In this document: one piece after another, positions 1 to 47,700 of the stretch
Layout of the letters: each line of letters begins with the position of its first letter
How positions within the stretch are numbered: position 1 is the first letter of the stretch
Assembly (NCBI RefSeq): GCF_020745735.1
Contig: NC_083404.1
Span: forward strand, 126,231,731-126,295,730
From: Hemiscyllium ocellatum
Lineage: Eukaryota
Direction of reading: 5' to 3'
Length of the DNA stretch: 64,000 nt
Notes under the pieces: generated by a model
What the model saw: only the letters and a program-made list of their open reading frames with translations
Databases searched by the model: none
What the model was told of the DNA's origin: nothing
Made by a program: the position numbers and the translations under genes

Positions 1-65
1 ACCTCAAAATGTAATAATCTCTGGGTTACTACCTGAACGTCATGAAAATTGGCAAGCAACAAAGT

Positions 66-194
66 TCCTGAAGAAGGGCTTATGCCAGAAACGTCGATTC
101 TCCTGCTCCTTGGATGCTGCCTGACCTGCTGCGCTTTTCCAGCAACACATTTTTCAGCTCTGATCTCCAGCATCTGCAGCCCTCACTATCTCCT
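66..194 (+). mobile_element. short non-coding PLE-terminus element (family A) with hammerhead motif
   Basis: TSD aagcaacaaagt 54-65/195-206; CTGAAGA-agggcttatgcca-GAAAcGTC at 68-95. Confidence 0.8.
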
Positions 195-1958
195 AAGCAA
201 CAAAGTAGATCAGAGAAATGAATGCATAGCTCAATGCCTGGTGTGGGAGAAAATGAGTTCCTGTTTGAGGGACATTGGCATCAGTACTGGGAAAAATGGC
301 ATCTGTATCATTGGGATGGTTTATATCTGAATCACTGGTGTTCTTCTCAGCCACATTACTAACAAAATAGAGGACTTTAATCTAAATGGGGAAACAGAGA
401 TCAGAGAATGGCAGGAAGATGCAGAAGGAAAACAAAACCAAAGAATTGTCAAATCTAGATGTTACAAAGATAGCAAAGAGTGATCGGAAGGCTCTGTATA
501 TGATTGTGCATAGCATTCATAACAATATAAACAAACAGAACACAGACTGAAATAAATAAACCAAAACAAAGAACTGGAAATCTGAAACAGAAAAAGGAAT
601 TGTGCTCAGCAGAGTTTCTTCAGCAATCTCTGATTATGTTTGAAATAAAAATGATCTGATAACCATTCTGGAGAGGTGGTTTAGGATGACAAGGATTGGG
701 TCCTGAATTTTTAGATATATATGACATTGAAGAAGAATAGGAAGCTAGGTTTAGGTGTAGCACTCATGATCAAATATGACATTGGTATGATAGCAAGAGA
801 GAACTTTGTTTCAGGTCAGGATTTAAAATAGTTTTTTTTGTGGAGATAAGGAAATAATGGGGAAAGACATCATGAGTGAGAGTGGTCTACAAGTTGCTGA
901 AAAGTAACCACAATGTAGGATGAAGAATACAAAAATAAATATTTGTAGGAAATGAATGTTTCATGATTAGTTCAGACTATATTAGTTGATTAATCTAATA
1001 TTATGCTAATCTGTTTAAACTGCAAACAAAAGCAGGATTTTATTAATGTGGCAAGCATTGGGAAGTCAATTCCTTGCGTTTGAAATGGTGCTGTAGCCTA
1101 TGACTGGTTCAGGTAGTTGTTGGTCAATGGTAATCTCTAGATATTGATAAGGAGGATTCAGTGATAGCAATGCTGTTGAATATCAAGGTAAGATGGTTAG
1201 ACTCTATCTTCTTACAGGTGGTCATTGCCTTACATTTGTGTGACAAACATGTTACTTACCAGTCTAAATCTGCATATTGTCCAAGTCTTGTTGCATGTGG
1301 ATTTCAAACCTATTATTAGAATCCCGATGTTCTTTCCACCCTTTGTAGCAGCCTAGCTTCTCCTCGCATGGATTTATTCAATTCAACTCAACCACAATGC
1401 AAATTTCACATTCTCATCGCTCCAGTCTTGAAGGTGATAATCGTGCTAATGTCTTGTGGAAAGGCTTTAGAAAATAAGGTCTGCCATTTTGAATAGCTGC
1501 AGAATAGTCACTGACATCTTCTCTTAGACATACATTCACATAAATTTATACATAATTTATGTATATCAACAAATAATGCAATATAAGTATTCAATTTATA
1601 AAATGCATGCTTTCATGATACCTGTACTTTCGGCTGGGTACATAAGTTATTGCTGTATATATAAGTCTACCATATAGAGTTTATTATAATATATATCAAG
1701 TATCTTGCTGGGTAAGTTAACATGTCAGAAATAATAGGTTAAACATAAGTGCATGGGTTAGCTGTAGACATCAGCAAGATAAAATCAGTTTAACAGATAG
1801 GCTAGACATAGACTATAAGATATACCAGCAGAATTAAACCTTTTAGCCCATTGAGTCTGCTTCACCATTCAATCAAATCATTCATTCGTGGAAACCAGTG
1901 TGCTCCATATTTAAGGAAGGGTGTGCTGGTGTTGGAAGGAGTCGAGAGTAGGTTTACC

Positions 1959-2264
1959 GTGGGCGGCACGGTGGTTAGCACTGCTGTCTCACAGCGCCTG
2001 AGACCTGGGTTCAATTCCCGACTCAGGCGACTGACTGTGTGGAGTTTGCACGTTCTCCCCGTGTCTGCGTGGGTTTCCTCCGGGTGCTCCGGTTTCCTCC
2101 CACAGTCCAAAGATGTGCGGGTCAGGTGAATTGGCCATGCTAAATTGCCCATAATGTTAGGTAAGGGGTAAATGTAGGGGTATGGGTGGGTTGCGCTTCG
2201 GCGGGTCGGTGTGGACTTGTTGGGCCCAAGGGCCTGTTTCCACACTGTAAGTAAGCTAAGCTAA
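1959..2264 (+). mobile_element. HE1-type tRNA-derived V-SINE, young copy
   Basis: A/B boxes (gtggttagca / gggttcaattccc); V-domain tgtgtggagtttgcacgttctccccgtgtctgcgtgggtttcc; (taagc)n tail. Confidence 0.88.
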
Positions 2265-2560
2265 GTAAAGGGCTTTTCATATGAGGAGCGATTCAGAAGT
2301 CTGAGACTGTACTCAATGGAGTTTTGAAGAATTGGGGGTGCAGGAATCTGACTGAAACTTACAGAGTAGAACCCTGGATAAAGTGGACATTGGGAAGATG
2401 TTTGCATTACTCAGAAAGACTAGAACCTAAGGGCACAGCCTTTAGAACGGAGATGAGGAGGAATTTCTTCAGCCAGAGGATAGTGAATTTGTGGAACTCA
2501 TTGCCGCAGAAGTCTGTGGAAGTCAAATTATTGACTATACTTGACACAGAGATAGATATG

Positions 2561-2767
2561 AGTAAAAAGTGAGGTCTGCAGATGCTGGAGATCAGAGCTG
2601 AAAATGTGTTGCTGGTTAAAGCACAGCAGGTCAGGCAACATCCAAGGAACAGGAAATTCGACGTTTCGGGCCAGAGCCCTGATGAAGGGCTCTGGCCCGA
2701 AACGTCGAATTTCCTGTTCCTTGGATGCTGCCTAACCTGCTGTGCTTTAACCAGCAACACATTTTCA
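2561..2767. mobile_element. fold-back family-A PLE-terminus element
   Basis: 15-bp TSD acagagatagatatg 2546-2560/2768-2782; 82-bp inverted arms 2599-2680/2686-2767. Confidence 0.85.
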
Positions 2768-3105
2768 ACAGAGATAGATATGTTCTTGATTATTAGGGAG
2801 ATCAAGGGTTACGGGGGACAAAGGCAGAAGAGTGTTGAGAAACATATCAGTCATAATCGAATGCTAGATTGAATCAATGGGCTGAATGGCCTAATTCTAC
2901 TCCTAAATGTTATGGTCGTTACATAGAAACCCAGTTGGAGGTGGACTGTCAGTTTCTCTAAAGCTTCATTACAGCTGAGAGGGACTGTCAACATTGCCTC
3001 CAGGTGGAGGTCTAGTTCTGAGTTTGATTGAAGGTGCTGTCTGCCAGGCTGTGCAGTGGCTCACTGATTGTATCGATGCCGCTGCTAACACGGAGCTGCG
3101 TCGCC

Positions 3106-38140
<35,035 letters not shown>

Positions 38141-38199
38141 CCAGTTACATTCATCTACAAGATCAGTTGTGTATTGAACTTGTGTAGTTCTCATTGTGT

Positions 38200-38410
38200 A
38201 TACAGTATAAATGTATATAAAAGTTTCCATTCCATCATAAAGCGTGAATCTGTTGGTTTTTAAATAATGCCAATTTTAAGTTAGTTTATTTTCCTGTTCA
38301 CATTCAAACCACAGAGTTTAGTCCACCAAGTTTTCCCTTCTAGGACAGTTTATTTCAATCTGTTTGGCAGCAACTATTTCACAATAATTGTCCCAAATTA
38401 AATGTTTCTT
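38200..38410 (+). terminator. probable NDUFV2 polyadenylation region (variant signals only)
   Basis: TATAAA 38206-38211, CATAAA near 38236, ATTAAA 38397-38402; T/GT-rich downstream; no AATAAA before the LINE at 38420. Confidence 0.4.
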
Positions 38411-38419
38411 CCTGCATAA

Positions 38420-38750
38420 ATAGAGTCATAGAGATGTACAGCACAGAATCAGAGCTGAAAAATGTGTTGCTGGAAAAGCGCAGCAGATCAGGCAGCATCC
38501 AAGGAGCAGGAGAATCGACGTTTCGGGTATAAGCCCTTCTTCAGGAATGAGGAAGATGTGCCAAGCAGGCTAAGATGAAAGATAGGGAGGAATCAGAGCC
38601 TGCAGTCCAACTCGTCTATGCTGACCAAATATTCTTTTAAGTGTTGTAATTGAGCCATGCTGTACCACTTCCTCTGGCAGCTCATTCCATACATGCACCA
38701 CTGTTGTATGTTGCCCTTTAACTCCCTTTTAAATCTTTCCCCTGTATTCT
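38420..38750 (-). mobile_element. CR1 3' end with a family-A element inserted at 38456-38589
   Basis: TSD gaatcagagc 38446-38455/38590-38599; intact hammerhead core on - at 38517-38544. Confidence 0.75.
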
Positions 38751-38789
38751 CTCTTCTTTTCTGATTTAAAGCATTTAGTTTAAACAGTT

Positions 38790-40205
38790 AAGTGATGTCT
38801 TGAAAAGTGTCCATGTTATAGAGATGGTGGTGCTGGATGTTTTAAAATGCATAAAGATGGATAAATCCCTGGGACTTGATCAGGTGTATCAGAAAGCTTT
38901 ATGGGAAGCTAGGGAAGCGATTGCTGTGCCCCTTGCCGAGATGTTTGTATTGTCGATAGCTATGGGTGAGGTGCCGGAAGACTGAATGGTAGCTAATGTT
39001 GTGCCTTTATTTAAAAAAAGTGGTAATGAAACGCAAGGCAACTATAGACAGGTGAGCTGGATGTCAGTGATGGTCACGTTGGAGGGGATTCTGAGAGGAT
39101 TTATATGCATTTGGAAAGGCAAAGACTGATTAGGGATAGTCAGCATGGGTTTATGTGGGGAAACGGTGTCTCAATAACCTGATGTCTTTTTTTGAAAAAG
39201 TGACAAAGATTGTTGAAGGCAGAACAACGGACATTGTCTACATGGACTTCAACAAGGCATTTGACAAGGTTCTGCATGTTAGGCTGGTTAGCAAGGTTCA
39301 ATCACATGGAATGCAGGGAGCACTAGACATTTGGATACCATGAAGACAGGAGACAGAGGATGGTGGTGGAGACCTGCGATCAGCAGTGTACTGTAAGGAT
39401 TGGTGCTAGATCCACTGCTTTGTCATCTGTATTCACATCCAAATCATTGAAAAAGAGGAATAGTTAACAGGTTTGCAGAGGACACCAAAAGTGGTGGTTT
39501 ACTGGATTGTGGAGTTTACCTCAGGCCAACAGGATCTTCGTCAAATGGGCTGATGGGCCAAGGCGTGGTAGATGGAGTTTAATTTAGATAAATGTGAGCT
39601 GTTGCATTTTGGTAAGACCAATCAGGACAGGACTTATACACTTAATGCTAGAGTCCTGGGGAGTGTTGCTGAACAAAACAACCTTCGAGCGCAGGTTCAT
39701 AATTCCTTGAAGGTGGAGTTGTTAGTAGACAGGGTAGTGAAGGCAGTGTTTGATATGCTTGCCTTTATTGGTCAGTGCACAGAGTATAGGAGTTGGGACA
39801 TCATATTGAGCCTGTACAGGACATTGGTTAGTCCACTTTTGGAATACTGTGTTCAATTCTGGTCTCTCTACTACAGGAAAGATATTATGAAAGGTTGCGG
39901 AAAAGATTTACAAGAATTTTGCTGGGATTGGAAGGTTTAAGCTATAGCATGAGGCTGAATAGGCTGGGGCTATTTTCCCTGGAGCATCTGAGGCTGAGGA
40001 GTGATCTTGATGTTCATAAAATTTGAGGGGTGTGGAGAGGGTGAATAGCCATGGTCGGGGAGTCTGAAGATTTGAGGTAATGGTGAAAGTGGAAAAACAT
40101 GAGGGTCCTAAAGGGCAACCTTTTCATGCAGAGGGTGGCACGCTTATGGACAAAGCTGCTAGAGGAATGGCGAACGCTAGTACAATTGCAACATTTAAAA
40201 GCATT
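38790..40205 (+). mobile_element. CR1/HER1 LINE RT region; its 3' tail continues at 40405-40452 and 43347-43440
   Basis: ORFs 38800, 39155 (YMDFNKAFDKV) and 39572 (MEFNLDKC..LEYCVQFWS). Confidence 0.88.
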
Positions 40206-40452
40206 GTAGTATGTTCCATTTATAAGTGCATTGTCCAACGAAGGCTTTGTTGCTAACCTTGGTGACTTGTGCCTCGTGGAAACAGACTTCAAATCCTCCT
40301 CCCTAGTCACAATATTTTGATCATTATTTGATTAGAATCATAGAATCCCTAAGCTAGAAAACTGGCTATTCGGCCCGAGCCTACACTGAACCTCCGAACA
40401 GCATCTGCATAGGTACATGAATGGATGGGTTTAGAGGAATATGGGCCAAATG

Positions 40453-43346
40453 TTGTGGTTCTGTTCGCCGAGCTGGGAGTTTGTGTTGCAGATGTTTCGT
40501 CCCCTGTCTAGGTGACATCCTCAGTGCTTGGGAGCCTCCTGTGAAGCGCTTCTGTGATGTTTCCTCTGACATTTATAGTGGTTTGTCTCTGCCGCTTCTG
40601 GTTGTCAGTTCCAGCTGTGCGTTGCAGTGGTCGGTATATTGGGTCCAGGTCGATGTGCTTATTGATTGAATCTGTGGATGAGTGTCATGCCTCTAGGAAT
40701 TCCCTGGCTGTTCTCGGTTTGGCTTGCCCTATAATAGTAGTGTTGTCCCAGTCGAATTCATGTTGCTTGTCATCTGCGTGTGGCTACTAAGGATAGCTGG
40801 TCGTGTTGTTTCGTGGCTAGTTGGTGTTCATGGATGCGGATCGTTAGCTGTCTTCCTGTTTGTCCTATGTAGTGTTTTGTGCAGTCCTTGCGTGGGATTT
40901 TGTACATTACATTGGTTTTGCTCATGCTGGGTATCGGGTCCTTCGTTCTGATGAGTTGTTTGAGAGTGGCTGTTGGTTTGTGTGCTGTTATGAATCCAAG
41001 TGGTCGCAGTAGTCTGGCTGTCAGTTCGGAAATGCTCTTGATGTATGGTAGTGTGGCTAGTCCTTTCAATTGCGGCATGTCCTCGTTTCGTTGACTTTCC
41101 CTTAGGCATCTGTTGATGAAATTGTACGGGTATCCGTTTTTGGTGAATACATTGTGGAGGAGTTCTTCTTCCTCATTTTGCAGTTCTGGTGTACTGCAGT
41201 GTGTTGTGGCCCTTTTGAATAATGTCTTGAAGCAACTTCTTTTGTTTTTGTTGGGGTGGTTGCTTTCGTAGTTTAGGACTTGGTCTGTGTGTGTGGCTTT
41301 CCTGTATATCTTTGTGGTGAATCTCCATCAGGTGTTCTCTGTACCATCACGTCTAGGAATGGGAGTTGGTTGTCCTTTTCTTCGTCTCTAGTGAATCGGA
41401 TTCCTGTGAGAGTGTGGCGTTGATGATCCGGTGTGTGTTCTCTATTTCTGTGTTTTTAATGATTACAAAGGTGTCGTCCACATATCTGACCCAGAGTTTG
41501 AGTTGAATTTGCGGTAAGACTGTTTGTTCTAACCTTTGCATTACCGCTTCTGCTATGAGTCCAGAGATGGGTGAGCCCATGGATGTACTGTTGATTTGTT
41601 CATAAATTTGGTTGTTGAATGTGAAATGTGTTGTGAGGCACAGGTCCAGTAGTTTGAGTATGCCGTCTTTGTTGATAGGTTCACCATCCTGTTGTCTGTT
41701 CTGTATGTCCAGCAGGTTGGCTATTGTTTCTCTGACTAGGGTTTTGTCGATAGAGGTGAACAGTTACATCGAATGAGACCATAGTTTCTTCCCTGTCTAT
41801 GTGTATATTTCTGATGATGTCCAATAATTCCTGTGTTGATTGCATAGAGCGTCTGGATCCGCTGATCAGGTATTTCAGTTTCTGCTGTAATTCTTTAGCC
41901 AGTTTGTGTGATGGTGTTCCTGGTAGTGATACTATTGGTCTGAGTGGGATGTCTGGTTTGTGCGCTTTAGGTAGTCCATAGAATCTGGGGGTGTTGTTGC
42001 TTTCATGTTTCATTCTTTGTAGGTCAAACCTGGTTATCTGTAGGTTCCTCGGTGTGTTGTTTATCCGATTGTTGAGCTGTGGGGTGGGATCAAACTCCCT
42101 CTTTTCATAGGTGTTGGTATCTGCAAGTAGTTGTTGCACTTTTTGGATGTACTCTGCTCTGTCTAGGATGACCGTCATTCTGCCTTTGTCTGCTGGTAAT
42201 ATGATTATGTTCTTATCGTTTCTTAGTGATTTTAGTGCTTCCCTCTCCTTGGTATTGAGGTTAAGTGTTTGTCTTTTCCTTGTTATCAGAGGTACGCTAC
42301 TTTGTCTCACTGTTTGTTGTCTCTCTTCTGTCGGTCCATTGTTCCTGAGTGTGCATTCTAGTGCTGCTAGGAAGTCTGCTGTCTTGGCGTCCCTGTGGTT
42401 GTTGTTGAGTCCCTTGGCCAGTATTGTTCTTTCCGTGTCTATGAGCTGTCTGTGGGAGAGGTTTCTAACCCAGGTGTGTGTTGTGATGTCCTCTCTGTTG
42501 TGTGTTAGTTTGGCCATCTTTTTCTTTTTGTGCCGTTTTTTTTTGCGGTGTGTGGTCCTGTTCTGTCCTATGGTCCGAGTCCATTCCTGATTGGTGGTTT
42601 TTGAAATTAACAATTTTTGGCGCGCAATTTCTTTTTGTCTGTATTTGTGAAGTCTGTTGTGAGCGTCTGTAATCATTACTTGGATCATCCTGAATCGATT
42701 CTGTCTGGCTGTGTCCCTGGCTTGTGGGTTGTTGACTGGTGGTCTGTATCTGACACATGGTGGAAGGATTCGATTCTTTCAGCATTCATGCAGGAACCGG
42801 AATTGTTCATATGTGGCGCTTAGGCGTTTAGCAAAACCAATGTAGTGTACAAAATCCAATGCAAGGACTGCACAAACACTACGTCGGACAAACAGGAAGA
42901 CAGCTAACTATCCGTATCCATGAACACCAACTAGCCACGAAACGACGTGACCAACTATCCTTAGTAGCCACACACGCAGATGACAAGCAACATGAGTTTG
43001 ACTGGGACAACACTACTATTATGGGATAAGCCAAACAGAGAACAGCCAGGGAATTCCTAGAGGCGTGGCACTCATCCACAGATTCAATCAATAAGCACAT
43101 CGACCTGGACCCAATATACCAACCACTGCAACGCACAGCTGGAACTGACAATCGGAAGCGGCAGAGACAAACCACTATAAATGCCGGAGGAAACATCACA
43201 GAAGCGCTTCACAGAAGGCTCCCAAGTACTGAGGATGTCACCTAGACAGGGGGACGAAACATCTGCAACACAAACTCCCAGCTCGGCGAACAGAACCACA
43301 ACAACGAGCATCAGAGTTACGAATATTCTCACAAACTTTGAACACC
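40453..43346 (-). mobile_element. Penelope-like element (Poseidon-type), near full length on -, with inverted 3' copy at 42831-43346 on +
   Basis: ORF 41681..42688 (PADKG, PRFYGLPK, PLRPIVS, MVSFDV); 41353..41580 (MGSPIS..RYVDD); 40770..41078 (NVMYKI..HYIGQTGR..RIHEH, GIY-YIG); 13-bp TSD tatgggccaaatg 40440-40452/43347-43359. Confidence 0.93.
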
Positions 43347-43694
43347 TATGGGCCAAATGCACCTAGGACTAGACTAATTTAGGATACTTGGTCAGCATGG
43401 ATAAGTTGAAGAGTCTGTTTCTGTGCTGCACATCTGATTTTCTTCCTGTGTACCTTCATTCATGCAAGGATTCAAGCACTCCATCAAAAGATTTAGCAGC
43501 TTCCTGACATTAGTATACATGTAGCTACTTTTGGCACTCACATTTGGATTCAGGAGGAAATTATTTCTATTCTTTGTTTAAACATTTATTGGACAAAAGT
43601 TGGATGAATAGGAGAAGGAAAGCAGTTCTGTTTAGTCTATATCCCTGCTTGTGCATTTGTTTAAAACAAAATGGAATGATAAAAATGGATTAGG

Positions 43695-44525
43695 CAAAAG
43701 TGAGTACTGCAGATGTTGGAGTGTAGAGTCAAGATTAGAGTGGTGCTGGAAAAGCACAGCAAGTCAGGCAGCATCCGAGGAACAGGAAAATTGACATTTC
43801 GGGCAAAAGTCCTTCATCAGGGATGAAGGTAGGGAGCCTCCAGGGGGTGGGCTGGGAAGAATGTAGCCAAGAGTACAATAGGTGGATGGAGGTGGGGATG
43901 AAGTGATAGGTCAGAGAGGAGGGTGGGTAGGAAGATTAGCAGGTAGGACAGGTCATGAGGATAGTGCTGAGCTGGTAGGTTGGAACTGGGTTAAGGTGGG
44001 GGGAGGGGAAAATGAGGAAACTGGTGAAGTCCACATTGATGCCCTGGGGTTGAAGTGTTCCAAGGTGGAAGATGAGGCGTTCTTCCTCTAGGCATCGGGT
44101 GGTGAGGGAGTTGCGGTGGAGGAGGCCAAGGATCTGCTCAGCAGAGCGGGAGGGGGAGTTGATTGGTGTGGGTGTTACAGAGATGTTCCCAAAAGCGCTC
44201 TGCGAGAAGGTGTTCAGTCTCCCTAATGCAAAGGAGACTACATTTGGAGCAACGGATACAATAAATGACATTGGTGGATGTGCAAGTGAAGGATGTAGAA
44301 GGCTCTTCTGGTGTCTTGGATGGAGGGGAGGGAGCAGGTGTGGGCACAGGTTTTGCAATTCCTGCGGTGGCAGGGGAAGGTGCCAGGAGGGGAGGGTGGA
44401 TTGTTGGGGTGTGTGGACCTGACCAGGTAGTCATGGAGGGACTGATCTTTGCGGTAAGGGGTGGGGAGAGAAATATATCCCTGGTGGTGGGGTCAGTTGG
44501 AGGTGGCAGAAATGTTGGAGGGTGA
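43695..44525 (-). mobile_element. second PLE type: GIY-YIG 3' part ending in the family-A terminus
   Basis: ORF 44138..44434 FTCTSTNVIYCIRCSKC..ETE..LAERFWEHL and LEEERLIFHLGTLQPQGINVDF; family-A terminus at 43695-43825. Confidence 0.85.
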
Positions 44526-44544
44526 TACTGGTATTCAGAAACAG

Positions 44545-44712
44545 TGTGGGCACACTTGCATGGCTAATCCATCTCACCTATCATTTTTTGGACTGTGGGA
44601 GGAATCCAGAGCATGGGGAGAATGTCAGTATGGAGTTTACACAGCTGCCCAAGAATGGAATAGAACTGGGTCCCTGCACTGAGAGGCAGCAGTGCTAACT
44701 ACTGAGCCACTC
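44545..44712 (-). mobile_element. truncated HE1-type SINE
   Basis: reverse tRNA head (gcagtgctaactactgagccac) and V-domain remnant. Confidence 0.6.
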
Positions 44713-47700
44713 TACTGTATACCCTTGTTAACTGCAATGTCAGTTGAAGATAATCAGGGAAGTACAGCCGAGCCATTACTTAGTTTAATGGCAGAATATT
44801 TGAGGTGTAGGAGTTTGATCTATTCCATGATAATGACCCAGAATGTTAGTCAAGTGGAATCTATAGCATGTAACTTGGAAATGGTGCTCAGCTCAGTGCA
44901 CACGTCACATTCACACTGACCAGCAGCACATCGCCACTGGGACAGTAGCCCATTAATGTCTGATGGAAAACTCTGTTACAGGACAGTTAAATCCACAATG
45001 GCTTTGATAGAAATGTGGTCTTCACGTGAGTAATTGTTCTTGCTGTCCAGTTTGCTAAGTGGGCAGCCAATAGCAATGTTCATCTTGGTGACTGGTATCC
45101 AGAATGATGAGAAACTGATGTCTGATCTGAAACAATCAATAATGTGCTCACAGTTAAGGGGGTGGGGGCGCGGCGGCAAGTACAGGTGGTAGTGCTTCCC
45201 TATATCTTCTAATAATATCCTTCGAACTTCAAGTGGTCACAGGTTTGAAAGATTTGGTCAATTTGTGCATTACATCTTGTAGATAGTACACAGTGGTGAT
45301 GGAGGGAGTGGATATTGTTCAAGAAGGTAACTCATCACCTTCTACCACTGTTATGAATGAGCAACAAAATACTGAGACTTAGCCCAGTTTTTATTTTAGA
45401 GAATGGAATATCACTGACAAAGTGCTATATCTTGAGCACCACTATGAACTTCTGTACTTTGCACATTAAGTGTATAAAAATGTTACTTATTTAGATTGAA
45501 TCCAACAGCTGGCAGACCCAGCTAATGTTGGGTTGTGAAACAACCAACAGCTGTTATGTATTGGTTCTAGTTCCACTGCATACTTTATTTTCAAATTTCC
45601 AGTGTAACTGACTAATAATCCAGAAAATAGCTTCACAGCACTAACTGTTTAAGAATCTTAATTCAACATAAAAGTGAAAAGTAATAAAATTTTAATCAAA
45701 ATGTAACCTTATTAACACCTTTAATGACCTTGTTGGATCTGGCGTTGATGACTTCAACTCCCCAATATCCTAAGTGCTTCTCGAAATGGGCCAGCAAGCG
45801 ATGACTCAGCCCATCACCATGGTAACACAGGATTACTAATAAATTCTGGCCTTGCGCATGAGCTGCATGTCCCAAAAAAAATGAAAGACTAAGGTAGACA
45901 ATTAAAATATTTGCCAAAATTTATTAGGGGCAAAAATCACAGTCAAATTCAAAATAATCTATAATATTTTTCTGCTATCAATATTCTCATTAATGTCTAA
46001 TGTGTCCAGAAGAGGGTAGAGTTGAAAATCATTTTCCCAAATATTTTCTATGAAATAACATCCTAAAAATAAAGATATTTAAATAATAACTGGAACTAAA
46101 CTATGTGACAGGAAATGTAGATGTACTAAATGGCAAACTCCTAATTAATTATCTAACTCTAATTTAAAAATGTGATGCAAATCATGAATGCAAAGATTTT
46201 ATCCAGTAATCTTGTGCTCAGATTTGTGACCTACTACTCAAAAGAATGCAAGTATTAAACATATGGGCATAAGAATTCTAAAAAGAAATAAAGGAGAAAA
46301 CGGTCTTCAAATCACACCACTCTAATACTTTGTAAAAAGGATGTTAAGGAGAAGAGTTATGAATTTAGTCCATTTTAATTAAGTGAATGCTTCTTCATTT
46401 AACTACTATTGCTTTAACTGGCAAAAACAAATTATTTCCACAATTCAAGATGGAAATTTTAGGTATACCACTTTTTAAAAAGAGTGAATAGATACAGAAA
46501 AACAACCAATCCATAAGGAAAATTATCCACCCTAGCATCATTCCTCTTTAAAAAGACTTGAATTGTCAACAAATCTTCCCCATTTTACAACTTAAGAGTA
46601 CCTCTGTCAGTTTTAGAATGGAAAAAGCCAAAGTGTTAATTTCCATTAATCATAATTGCCTGATTTTGTACTCAGTTATTAAACTCAGAAATTGAGTATT
46701 TAACCACTTTTTTGACCGACCCTGACAGTCACACACAGGTTCCTTTGCTCCTGTACCCCTTATTATTGCCTCTTTTTCCTCCTACCAAAAATCACTCACT
46801 TCACTTGTTCCACCAAATCAATTTATTTTCAACTTTACCATTGTATTCCTCAGTTCAGAGGTGTATAAGCAGTATAGTTTGAAATTGTGCCCTGTACATT
46901 CAACTCTAGGCCAGAAAGCATGGATCCTCATGTGGGTTTCCTTCCTGAAGTTTAAAAAAACATTGTTTACTGTTATCTGTCAATCATGCTGCTATTGTCC
47001 CTTTTAGTGCATGGACTTCAACTTTCTGACTTTTGGGGTGGTGTGAGGAAGGGATGTGTGCGCGCATGCACACGCATGGTGGGGGGCACTGTGCTGTCAA
47101 GAACTGAAAATTAAGAAAATGTGGGAAGAACTAGAAACTTCTTGTTTTCCTATTAGATTCTGAAAATCCCACAAATACAAACTAACATGTAGTGTACATA
47201 ATTTTGAATCATGTTGTCCAGCACTTTCAGATGAAAATAAGTTAAACCAAAGAACTATAGGAAAAAAAATCACTGAGTCAACTCTTGTAATCTAATTAAA
47301 ATAGCATCTTTCATGGCTTCCAGTGAAGTTAGTAAAGCATAGGCTACATGTCCTCAAGGACATGTAGCCTACAGATCAGATTCCATAATTTTTAAACACT
47401 ACATTATAATGAAACTCAAGCTGTTTGTCAAGATCATGTCAACTATTAAATCCATTTTGATTCTAATGTAACTGGAAGCATATTAAACAGCTATTTATTT
47501 TTGCATTGCCAACATTAACAGCATAATTTTGGTCTCAAAATAACTAGAGTTATCACACTTACTTGGAGTACCATATTTAAAATGCAAGTTACATAAACAC
47601 TTGCAATCCAAAAAAATACATATTTTTATTTACCATCTTATGAAATGTTGCAAGTCAAACTCCCTATCCATAGAAGTATCTGCAACACTCAAGACTTGCG

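Larger units (their letters stand above)
1890..2920 (+). mobile_element. CR1 LINE 3' remnant hosting an HE1 SINE and a fold-back PLE element
   Basis: ORF 2324..2572 FRTEMRRNFFSQRIVNLWNSLP (CR1 ORF2 C-terminus); CR1-type 3' UTR gggctgaatggcctaattct. Confidence 0.8.

Noticed and set aside
1959-2030. tRNA-like A/B boxes as tRNA genes (also 9295, 17390, 48535)
   Set aside because: They are SINE heads followed by SINE bodies, with no complete cloverleaf.
41681-42688. Longest ORF (335 aa) as a host gene or domesticated RT
   Set aside because: It is the N-terminal/RT part of a PLE with downstream frameshifts, inside a TSD-flanked insertion.
47055-47080. Alternating purine-pyrimidine tract (Z-DNA or NRF1-like)
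   Set aside because: Short decayed (CA/TG) microsatellite with no supporting context.
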